Source of the DNA: an uncultured virus (IMG/VR IMGVR_UViG_3300045995_000471)
Taxonomy: Duplodnaviria; Heunggongvirae; Uroviricota; Caudoviricetes
Length of the DNA: 64,000 nt
Virus record (IMG/VR): IMGVR_UViG_3300045995_000471
Strand: one strand, 5' to 3'
Shown here: one piece after another, positions 18,179 through 26,554 of the stretch
Numbering within the stretch: position 1 is the first letter of the stretch
How the letters are laid out: the number at the start of each line of letters is the position of its first letter
The notes under the pieces: generated by a model
What the model was told of the DNA's origin: nothing
The model's input: the letters and a program-made list of their open reading frames with translations, nothing else
The model's database searches: none
Position numbers and translations under genes: made by a program

Positions 18179-19195
18179 TTAGATATGTGGTGTTATTATT
18201 GTGTGTAGTGCTTTAGGGTCTCGTACAAATGTACTAGGATCGTGTTCATCTGGCATATCTATAATCGTAAGATCACATAAATAACCTAGTTCTCTTTTCA
18301 TACGACGAGAGCCGTTACGCCCTGCATCGTCCCCATCTAATACCGAAATAATACGTTTAAGTGTTAAGTTTTTCAATAGTAAACTAATTTGTCCTGCTAC
18401 TAACCCGGCCCCCATGCAGGCCACTGTATTAAAATAACCTGCCTGTACCATGCTCCAGCAGGCCTTATAGCCCTCTACCACGAACAATACACCATTAAAG
18501 GCTGCCATGTAGTCTTTTGCTCGGTGATAATGATAGAGAACTTGTCCTTTAGGAAAACCCCTAGGCTGAAGAAAATACCTAGGCTCATCATCGTTATCAA
18601 TACGTCTTCCATCCCAAGCAACTATGCGTCCTTGGTCATCCCTAACCGGGAAGCATGCACGAGGTAGACCCTGATAGTCCAAGTGCCCCCCTACCTCAAA
18701 ATAATCTTGGATTGCGTGGGAATATCCTTTCTTATAAAAATAATCTGGCCTGTTTTGTATCCAACCCAAAACATATTCCTCTATATTAGATATAGTACAC
18801 AAATCCAACTCAACTTCACTTTTTTGCGATCTTCTAATAAAATCAGTTACATCTTTTTTTATTAGGGCCGTGTAGGCAAGGTGACTATTATCCCCATCTA
18901 GGTCTATACCAGATATACCAGCCAAATATTTAACAGCATCTACAAAGTTACATCGGTTTGATAACTGTACTAAGCCTATAATATCGCTGTATCCGTGATG
19001 ACATCCCGAAGAAAAGCAGGACCAATGTCCAGTACTTAAATCTATGGAAAAGGAGGTCTTATTATGTCCTCCATGGAAAGGACACTTAGCCCTAGCAAAT
19101 CTACCATAAGATTTATCCACATCAATACCTAAACTATTAACTACTAGTTCAGCATCGACTATCTGTTTTATATGCTCAACTAGTCCCTTGTCCAT
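18179..19195 (-). CDS. dnaG: DnaG-type primase (CHC2 zinc finger + TOPRIM)
   Basis: CPFH..SFSI..WSCF..GC, FPVRDDQGRIVAWDGR, VVEGY, LDGDDAG; start MDKG at 19195. Confidence 0.92.
   Translation of the reverse strand: MDKGLVEHIKQIVDAELVVNSLGIDVDKSYGRFARAKCPFHGGHNKTSFSIDLSTGHWSCFSSGCHHGYSDIIGLVQLSNRCNFVDAVKYLAGISGIDLDGDNSHLAYTALIKKDVTDFIRRSQKSEVELDLCTISNIEEYVLGWIQNRPDYFYKKGYSHAIQDYFEVGGHLDYQGLPRACFPVRDDQGRIVAWDGRRIDNDDEPRYFLQPRGFPKGQVLYHYHRAKDYMAAFNGVLFVVEGYKACWSMVQAGYFNTVACMGAGLVAGQISLLLKNLTLKRIISVLDGDDAGRNGSRRMKRELGYLCDLTIIDMPDEHDPSTFVRDPKALHTIITPHI
18781..18813 (-). promoter_or_regulatory. Conserved motif copy 2, inside the primase gene
   Basis: Exact 15-bp core at 18790-18804 with the CTATAT-TAG-ATATAG dyad. 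Confidence 0.55.
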
Positions 19196-20645
19196 AGTTT
19201 GCGAACGGGGCTGCTTGGTGCTCCGTGACCGTTGGTAATTGTCCAATTGGTGCGGGAGTTGTTGCATTATTGGCATTAAATCCTCCAACCTCCATCAGTT
19301 GTTGTATAGGTGAAGCGATAAATCTAAAACAGTACCCAAAGTATCGAAAGTTAAGTCCATTCAACTGCGCCTGTGTATATCTACCCTTTACGATCTGAAA
19401 TCTGTGAGTACCAGCGTTCAAGGTTTCGGCTTGAACCTCCTTTGCTGTCTTCCAATTTAGCATACAAGTAACATCTGACTCTTTATAAGGATCGTCACTC
19501 TCTCCCATAGCACTAGCATCAACACGGCTAACCCCTTCACCTTTTTTATTTTGCTGTAGAGCTGTAATCACAGGTATCTCAAGTTGACCAGCCAATTCTT
19601 TAAGCATGCGACACAATTCGCCTACTTTTTGCCATCTGGCCTTATCTTCAATGTCTCTAGGCTCTTTCAGATAATCAAAGATTACTAAGCCAGTACCATG
19701 ATTATACACTGACTTCTTAATCATATTTTCAACTTGAGAAGTCTTAAATCCAGGAACATATCTGTGCATATATCTATTGCCAGTATTGCTCTGCATAATC
19801 TTTACAGCAGCATTCATGTTTTCTACGGCAGCAGGATCATCCCGCCATCCAGCACGCATTATCTTTAAAGCATCCACTGAAGATAGGTGAGCAAGAGTTC
19901 TATTTTTGAATTCCTTAGTACCTATCTCGGTATCAATATATAATACTGGGCACCTATTGATGTGAGCATAAAAAGAAGCCCAAATTGCTGACTGCATCAA
20001 GAAGGCAGACTTACCTCGCCCAGGTCGGGCTGCAATAACATATAGTTTTGTTTTGAGCCATCCTAAAATAAGTTCATCCAACAAAGATATACCAGTAGGA
20101 ATACCCAAATTATCTTCTGGGTGTTCGAACATAGCATCTATGTGCTCTTGTATTCCAGCACATACATCTTCGGGCTCATCAGAAGATATACCCATGTGCA
20201 AGGACATAATCTCCGATTGGATAGAACTAATGATATCCGTTGCAGCAGACTGATCGCCATAGCGAGTTAGTTTATCCAACGAATCTGTTAGTGTTTTCTG
20301 AAGTTTATATTTAGAATAGGCATCTAAGAGATCGGTAACATATAACTCAAAATTAATAGAATGCACATCTGCCCCTAGAAGGCTAGTAATATACATATTG
20401 ACTTGATCAGGAGCAAAGCCTTCAATAGGCTGTGTAATCACCTGATTAAAAATTAATTCCCGCTCAAACCTTTTGTATCCTTGCTCATATAATTTGAGAC
20501 ATGTGCGAATAAGAGCTTGATTTAGAGGGGAATGAAAAGCGTTAATATCTAACTTACCATCAAAACCAATTATTAAGTCTGGATTTTGCAGGGCACAGGC
20601 TAAAACTGCCCGTTCGGTATGAGACCTCTCAAAAGAATTTATCAA
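19176..20645 (-). CDS. dnaB: DnaB-type replicative helicase
   Basis: ERAVLA N-domain, GIPTG...LD, AARPGRGKS Walker A, IDTE, VIFDY, ITALQ, KGR. Confidence 0.92.
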   Translation of the reverse strand: MINSFERSHTERAVLACALQNPDLIIGFDGKLDINAFHSPLNQALIRTCLKLYEQGYKRFERELIFNQVITQPIEGFAPDQVNMYITSLLGADVHSINFELYVTDLLDAYSKYKLQKTLTDSLDKLTRYGDQSAATDIISSIQSEIMSLHMGISSDEPEDVCAGIQEHIDAMFEHPEDNLGIPTGISLLDELILGWLKTKLYVIAARPGRGKSAFLMQSAIWASFYAHINRCPVLYIDTEIGTKEFKNRTLAHLSSVDALKIMRAGWRDDPAAVENMNAAVKIMQSNTGNRYMHRYVPGFKTSQVENMIKKSVYNHGTGLVIFDYLKEPRDIEDKARWQKVGELCRMLKELAGQLEIPVITALQQNKKGEGVSRVDASAMGESDDPYKESDVTCMLNWKTAKEVQAETLNAGTHRFQIVKGRYTQAQLNGLNFRYFGYCFRFIASPIQQLMEVGGFNANNATTPAPIGQLPTVTEHQAAPFANYGQGTS

Positions 20646-21109
20646 CGTCTGCCTCCTTCCCTACGACGAAGCTCATACTTTATCACTTGAATGTGCTCAC
20701 TAAGACGATCTGGCATACGATCATAATACTTGGCCATCTCTTCAGCGTTGCCCAACTGTTCTTCTATCTGCAATAACTCTGGATTAGCCTGATAAGCCTT
20801 GGCTAACATAACATTTCCTGTAGTACGATCAGTCACACCTTGGAGTCCTGCTATCGTAGTAAACTTCTTTCCTTCGAAGACACGCTTAAGCCGTGCTGCT
20901 TCAGCATGCATCTGGTTCCCAAAGAACTGAACATGGGCCAAGAACCTAGAAAGTGCCGCCATAGTTATGCTTAATAATTCTGGTGGCTGGTATGCAATAC
21001 TTCTAATAAAATCATCCCCAAAACTCTTTCTAACAAGACCATCTACATCTGGATAATTACTTAGCAATTCATCTACAAACCATTTAGTTTTTGTTTCTAC
21101 ATCGGTCAT
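20642..21109 (-). CDS. Helical hypothetical protein, possibly a UvsY-like recombination mediator
   Basis: 155 aa with helical pattern (AYQANPELLQIEEQL...IKYELRRREG); lies between recA and dnaB. Confidence 0.4.
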   Translation of the reverse strand: MTDVETKTKWFVDELLSNYPDVDGLVRKSFGDDFIRSIAYQPPELLSITMAALSRFLAHVQFFGNQMHAEAARLKRVFEGKKFTTIAGLQGVTDRTTGNVMLAKAYQANPELLQIEEQLGNAEEMAKYYDRMPDRLSEHIQVIKYELRRREGGRR

Positions 21110-21453
21110 TCTAACTCCAGTTCCTCATAGATTTCATTAAATAACTGAGCCGCACTTTTAGGCCGCTTATTAAATGGGATCTCATATAAGGTAATCTTCT
21201 GTTGTTTAGCCCATTCCCGTTTTAGAGCATCTCTCTGAACATGTAGTTTATACTCTGCCTTGGAACCATGAAAATAAGGCACATATTTATAATGCTGTTC
21301 ACCTTGACATTCCACCAGTAGGTTAAGTGCAGGTATATAAAAATCAAAAAATAGCAGTTGATTCATATAATTTACTGTAAACTGTGGCTTGATCGTAGCT
21401 TGAGAAAATGCTTCTGCTAGCAGATCCCCTATGTATTCCTCGAAATCACTCAT
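21106..21453 (-). CDS. PD-(D/E)XK nuclease (DUF559/Vsr-like)
   Basis: FDFYIP..NLLVECQGEQH, RDALK..WA, LYEIPF. Confidence 0.8.
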   Translation of the reverse strand: MSDFEEYIGDLLAEAFSQATIKPQFTVNYMNQLLFFDFYIPALNLLVECQGEQHYKYVPYFHGSKAEYKLHVQRDALKREWAKQQKITLYEIPFNKRPKSAAQLFNEIYEELELE

Positions 21454-22679
21454 TAGTCAAACTCTACTCCATCAATGGTTACTTCAACTCCGTCTTCTTC
21501 AGCATCGGTCCAAGACCCAGGGGCCGCGTAAGATTCGTCTGATGTGACAGGAGCAGTCTGGCTAAGCAATTGCATTCTCTTAACCTCATCCCATAGATAT
21601 TTTTGTGCATCTGGTGCTTGTCTGACCGCATCTAGCATTGCAGCTTTACCTTGGACTTGTATATCTCCTAAAGTGAGCCAGGAACCGTTCGTAGATATAA
21701 TACCTATTGAAGATGCCCGATCTACAAGTTCTGCTACATTATCAAATCCTGTTCCATAGTTCAATAAAAGATTCCATTCCTTAAATTTAGTATCGCAACT
21801 GTGGTTCTTGTATACAACCATCTTGGACCACTGTGCATAATCTCGGGCTCCGTCATTAAGGGGAGCACCTATGCGCCCTAAGAATAGAGATACACAGACC
21901 CAGTGGTCATAGGCCATTCCTCCATATTTTCTAAGTTTGGCGCGCCCACGAGCCTTCTTTCCTGCATCCAACTTGGCCCTTACCTGGTTAACAAATAAGA
22001 TTGGTACACCAGTACGTGCGGATGCACTAGAAATCTTAGGTAACCACTCACCAATCAGTTTAGCAGAAGCTCCGAAGTATGTCTCTTGGTCATCAGCTTC
22101 TAATACCTTTGATGACCTGATAGCACTTACACTATCCATGATTACAATACCAGTACCCTCACTCTCCAGATAATACAGAAGAGTTGCGAACGCATCTTCA
22201 CCTGACTCAGGCATCTCAAGTCGAGTCATATTAGGTAAGAAGCCACCCTGCCATTTATTCAACAGCGAAGGGTCAAACTTACGCTCTAGGTCCATAAATA
22301 CTACACCTAGTCCAGTCTGGCGCTGTAGATGCCATGCTGTCTCTAAGGCCCAACTGGTCTTCCCGCCTCCCGATGGCCCCCATACTTCTATGATACGACC
22401 ATGTGGTAAACCTTTACCATCCATAGCAGTATCAAGGCTGATAGAACCACTACTAAATCGACGTTGGATCAATTTGTCATCTTCATGTAACCATGCATGA
22501 AATGCTTTGGGGAACTTCTTATCTACGGCCGCGGCGGCCATCTTAAAAGCCTTTTGCGGATCTATCTTAGCAGGGACTTCAGTTGCGGCTGCGTCCTTCT
22601 TAACCTTTTTAGCCTTCGTTTCCTTCTTAACACTCTCATCCTTATTGGCGTCCTCATTTTTCTTTACCTTTTTGGGCAT
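21453..22679 (-). CDS. recA: RecA-family recombinase, divergent
   Basis: SSGSISLD, GLPHGRIIEVWGPSGGGKT, PESGE, IMDSVSA, LFVNQVR, QGKA. Confidence 0.92.
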   Translation of the reverse strand: MPKKVKKNEDANKDESVKKETKAKKVKKDAAATEVPAKIDPQKAFKMAAAAVDKKFPKAFHAWLHEDDKLIQRRFSSGSISLDTAMDGKGLPHGRIIEVWGPSGGGKTSWALETAWHLQRQTGLGVVFMDLERKFDPSLLNKWQGGFLPNMTRLEMPESGEDAFATLLYYLESEGTGIVIMDSVSAIRSSKVLEADDQETYFGASAKLIGEWLPKISSASARTGVPILFVNQVRAKLDAGKKARGRAKLRKYGGMAYDHWVCVSLFLGRIGAPLNDGARDYAQWSKMVVYKNHSCDTKFKEWNLLLNYGTGFDNVAELVDRASSIGIISTNGSWLTLGDIQVQGKAAMLDAVRQAPDAQKYLWDEVKRMQLLSQTAPVTSDESYAAPGSWTDAEEDGVEVTIDGVEFD

Positions 22680-23364
22680 CCGTATCTCCTATTTTTATTT
22701 TTCGCTTTGGGCCTGGTTTGGCTTTAACTATTTTTGTCATTTGAGCCTTGCTCATCTCCAACATAGTCGAGTAACTGTCCTCATCATCCGATTTGACTAG
22801 ACAAGAAGTATTGTAATTTAGCCTCTGGTCCATTACAACATGAACTTCACGGAGGAGTGACATCACGAAGGGTTTATTATGTACAATACTTAATATGCCC
22901 ATACTATATATATCTAAAGACCACTCAGTGGCCCTAGCAAACATAACGTCTATTACCATAAATAATTCTTCTATGGCCTGTGTCAATGAAATACTATTAT
23001 CATCTGTACGCCATTTTATAAAACTGTTAACTACACTACAATCTACTCTGCGGGCCTTAGGATCCGTTAACTTGTAAGAATCAACCCTTCGGCTATCTAA
23101 TCGCCTGAGCTTCTCGAAGAAATAGAGAGCTATGTCATCAGCCGATGCTATGTTATTAGCGTCTATTTTTACCATAGAGTCTTTGATATGCTCTATTTTA
23201 TAGCCTGATAGTTGTAGCTTCCGTATACTTTCCGCCTCCTCAATATCATTACAGTCTTCTAATCGAAACACACTATACCCATGGTTTCGGAGATACTCTA
23301 CATAAGACTTTATCTGAACCTCTTCAGAGATTACAGGTTTATTCTTGGTAACACGTTTTGCCAT
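22654..23364 (-). CDS. Hypothetical protein
   Basis: 236 aa, GGAGG RBS, in the replication operon. Confidence 0.7.
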   Translation of the reverse strand: MAKRVTKNKPVISEEVQIKSYVEYLRNHGYSVFRLEDCNDIEEAESIRKLQLSGYKIEHIKDSMVKIDANNIASADDIALYFFEKLRRLDSRRVDSYKLTDPKARRVDCSVVNSFIKWRTDDNSISLTQAIEELFMVIDVMFARATEWSLDIYSMGILSIVHNKPFVMSLLREVHVVMDQRLNYNTSCLVKSDDEDSYSTMLEMSKAQMTKIVKAKPGPKRKIKIGDTDAQKGKEK

Positions 23365-23373
23365 TCACCCTCC

Positions 23374-24558
23374 TTAATCCTCTTCTGCTAATGCTATTGC
23401 TATCTTTATTCTTAAATCTGTATCCTCGTTATCTACAATAATTGGCTTCCCTCCCCCTGGGACCATAATGGATATAAACTCTGATCCTATGATTGCCAAA
23501 GAATTCTCCATGAGAATAGCATTAACAACCAAATCAAAAGGAGTCTTTATGGGAGAAAGCAAAGGAAGACCATCATTTGAGAAACTTACATGTGAACTTT
23601 GTTTCAAGTTAGTCAAATTTAATTGTTTCTTACTAAATTCCAGTTTGAGCCTATAGGGTTCTTCTTCTAGCACCTGCCTAACATTAGAAATATTATCAGC
23701 CAGAAGCCTTGTGTAGAGTTTAACCTTCTCTCCTGTAGCCGCAAAGATAGATTCATAAGGAGGAAAATAGGCTACGATGAGAGATGACACAACAGAGGTC
23801 ACTAGCCCGTCGGTATCTATTCTAAACTTTACTTGGTGGCTATCTGAGAGAATCTCTAGTTCATCCCCATCATATATTAAGGATTGTAATAAGGAACATG
23901 TCAATTTAGGAAGTATAATATCAAAGTCTTTACTCTTTACAGGAGTAGGGTAAGCAATCTCAATAATTCTGAATCCGTCAGATACTACGAAGAGTAATTT
24001 CTCGGCTTTACATCTGATTAGTACCCCGGAAAGCCCCGCCATGTCAGAGGTATAACTGGCTACTGTCTTTCCCAAGACCTTGAAGACGTCAGACAGGTAT
24101 AATGCTGGTAATTTAATACGAACGGCTTGATCTCCCTGAGGATCAAAGTCGTCTCGGGCCGACAGGTTAGTGCTTACCAGAGTAAATGTTCGCTTTTGGC
24201 TAATGCTCTTTTTAATATCCCCGTAATGAACTATGGTGCTTAAAAAGAGTTTGGTGCTAGAGGATTGCAGATCCAAGGATTTAGAGCCGCTATCTTTGTT
24301 GTCTGCCGCAGGTATCTTGGCAATCATTTGGAAAAAGTCATTTCCATTTAAGCTCACTATACCTGGTTCAGTCACTGTAGCAAATATTTCTGAGGATGAA
24401 ACGATGGATGTATTATCACTTATGATCAAACGAACTTTATTCTTATACGCCTCTAAAGTATAAATCGGAAAAGCAAAGCCAGTTGTAGTTATAGATTTTA
24501 ATGGCTTGAGCCTAGCCAGTAGGCGGAGAAAGTCTCCCGTTGGAACAACTATATGCAT
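23374..24558 (-). CDS. dnaN: DNA polymerase III beta sliding clamp-like protein, divergent
   Basis: 394 aa; LSGVLI, VSDGFRI (TDGHRL-like), IILPK, FPPYESIF (FPDY-like), KPIIV. Confidence 0.75.
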   Translation of the reverse strand: MHIVVPTGDFLRLLARLKPLKSITTTGFAFPIYTLEAYKNKVRLIISDNTSIVSSSEIFATVTEPGIVSLNGNDFFQMIAKIPAADNKDSGSKSLDLQSSSTKLFLSTIVHYGDIKKSISQKRTFTLVSTNLSARDDFDPQGDQAVRIKLPALYLSDVFKVLGKTVASYTSDMAGLSGVLIRCKAEKLLFVVSDGFRIIEIAYPTPVKSKDFDIILPKLTCSLLQSLIYDGDELEILSDSHQVKFRIDTDGLVTSVVSSLIVAYFPPYESIFAATGEKVKLYTRLLADNISNVRQVLEEEPYRLKLEFSKKQLNLTNLKQSSHVSFSNDGLPLLSPIKTPFDLVVNAILMENSLAIIGSEFISIMVPGGGKPIIVDNEDTDLRIKIAIALAEED

Positions 24559-24588
24559 ACGAACCCCTGTTTGTTAAAAATTCCTGCT

Positions 24589-24621
24589 CTATATACTATA
24601 TAGTACACAAATAAATCTTTA
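24589..24621 (-). promoter_or_regulatory. Conserved motif copy 3, upstream of the replication operon
   Basis: Exact core at 24598-24612 with perfect CTATATA-C-TATATAG dyad. Confidence 0.7.
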
Positions 24622-24635
24622 CTAATTATTTTTAT

Positions 24636-24684
24636 GTGAGAGCTTGCGGTTATAAAAAATACTAATCGCCCCGCAACCTCTCGC
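24636..24684. other. Imperfect 14-bp inverted repeat (hairpin) in the largest intergenic region
   Basis: GTGAGAGCTTGCGG (24636-24649) vs CCGCAACCTCTCGC (24671-24684): 12/14 Watson-Crick plus one G-T; 21-nt loop. Confidence 0.6.
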
Positions 24685-24731
24685 GATTTTCCTGTAATAC
24701 TATTATATATATACATTTCGCTTTTTTACCA

Positions 24732-24764
24732 CTAGTACTAATATAGTACACAAATTCATCTCTA
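24732..24764 (-). promoter_or_regulatory. Conserved motif copy 4
   Basis: Exact core at 24741-24755, 143 bp from copy 3. Confidence 0.7.
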
Positions 24765-24787
24765 ACAAAAATAATTTATAACTTACC

Positions 24788-26554
24788 CTAAACACAAGTG
24801 ATTTTAATAGAGAGGTCACAAGGGTGAGCGGGCTCCAAATTAACTGTTAAATTAGAAAGACGATTACGTCCCCATATATCCATGACCACATTAAAGGCCG
24901 TATAAGCTCCCGTAACCGAAAAATTTACAGCCAATGTGGTTTTATCTTTATATATAAAATTAGCAATAAGAGCTTTTATGGCCGCATCAATAGTAGTATA
25001 ATGGGACATATCACTTATTTCATGGAGTGAAACATAGTCTATTTGACCACTATATTCAGAATGAGGCAGATATCCGCGAGCCATTAATGACCATTGCTCA
25101 TAATCATTCTTCTTATATGCACGTTGTTCGGCTGATAACCAATAATATTGTGTTACTTGTTCCCCGAAGGTAACATCGATTAACCGGATTAATTCGGGAG
25201 GATCATCTTCCCATAGTTCTATCTCTTTGACCTGGAAAACAGCGGGCCATACGGGGTCCTGATAGCCTATCCTCTGAACAATGGGCTGAGAGGTAGGCAT
25301 AGTAGGAACTTCTGCCCTAAGAGCAAATAACTCCACCGACATGTCCATGAATAAGTCACCTTTATAGGAAAAAAGTTCCACCGAGAACTCAGTCTCCCCA
25401 CTGTAAAGCCTGATCCTAGGCCAAGAAAAACGTATCTGCATTATTTCTTGGGTTATATTATCAAACTGATTTTGATAGGTTACCGGCATCACATCTGAAA
25501 TTATAGTTTCTGTATATACCATATCGGCGGGCAAGGAAATATGAATGTTATATGCATTTATATAAGATGAGAAGTTTGTTCTATTTATATATACCCCTAG
25601 CAGTGGGAATCCACTACCGTGTATGACCTTAAATATAGCAGAGAAAGCCAAAACATAGGCTGCCTTGAATGTTACATTAAGGAGAGTGTAGGTTGACCAG
25701 AAACCACAAGGCCAACCTTGATTTATGGAGATATAAAGGTTATGTATCTCCATGGTATACACAGGAATTATAGTGGAAACAATGCGAGAAGCAGGCTTGA
25801 GAACAACAAACAAGTCACGATAGCCCGTGGTCATAGGTAAGTCAATATATAGTTTATAAGCGCCGCCCATCCTAAAGTCCACATAAAGATCGCTAGCATA
25901 CACCCCAGAGACCCATACATCTAAAGGTTTAATACCTAGCCACACATTAAAATCAACATTTATAAAACTATATTTATAAGTACCATGAACAATAATGAGA
26001 TCCTGTCCCGGTTTAGGCTGAGGCATAATATCAATTTCCAGCAGGCGGGGATAGATGGTTCCTATCATAACATCAAACGGATGAGATCCCCATGCTTTGA
26101 TGTAGGCTGACAATAAAGCCGCATTGTGCGTACCCAACATAACAGATACATCCTTAGCAGACCAAACATGAAATGCTATATTAAGAGAATAATCCTCCGT
26201 ATGTACACCTGCAAAATTTAGGAGTAAGTTGGAATAGCCTTTCTTATTTACAGTAAATCTTACATCTATACTTTTATGGGGAATCGCTAATATTTGCGTT
26301 CTAAGATCCCTAACATGAGTAGCTACAAGGGGTATATGCAGGTCCTGTGGTCTATGCGTATCTATATGGGCATAAAAAACCCCCTCAGGAACGAGTGGCA
26401 TAAGGATAATTTCTAATCTACTGTACGGAATAGGGGTGATAGTAGCCGATACTTCAGCAGGCTTATGGGAGTCTATATAAGTCTGCACATCTACCGCGTT
26501 CTTCAGCAGTATACCATCAATCTCGATCCCTTCTTCAGTAGCAACTATAATCAT
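24788..26554 (-). CDS. Putative virion protein with ~12-aa beta-repeats
   Basis: Start MIIVAT at 26554 (ATGA overlap); repeats such as PQDLHIPLVATH/VRDLRTQILAIP/AKDVSVMLGTHN. Confidence 0.65.
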   Translation of the reverse strand: MIIVATEEGIEIDGILLKNAVDVQTYIDSHKPAEVSATITPIPYSRLEIILMPLVPEGVFYAHIDTHRPQDLHIPLVATHVRDLRTQILAIPHKSIDVRFTVNKKGYSNLLLNFAGVHTEDYSLNIAFHVWSAKDVSVMLGTHNAALLSAYIKAWGSHPFDVMIGTIYPRLLEIDIMPQPKPGQDLIIVHGTYKYSFINVDFNVWLGIKPLDVWVSGVYASDLYVDFRMGGAYKLYIDLPMTTGYRDLFVVLKPASRIVSTIIPVYTMEIHNLYISINQGWPCGFWSTYTLLNVTFKAAYVLAFSAIFKVIHGSGFPLLGVYINRTNFSSYINAYNIHISLPADMVYTETIISDVMPVTYQNQFDNITQEIMQIRFSWPRIRLYSGETEFSVELFSYKGDLFMDMSVELFALRAEVPTMPTSQPIVQRIGYQDPVWPAVFQVKEIELWEDDPPELIRLIDVTFGEQVTQYYWLSAEQRAYKKNDYEQWSLMARGYLPHSEYSGQIDYVSLHEISDMSHYTTIDAAIKALIANFIYKDKTTLAVNFSVTGAYTAFNVVMDIWGRNRLSNLTVNLEPAHPCDLSIKITCV

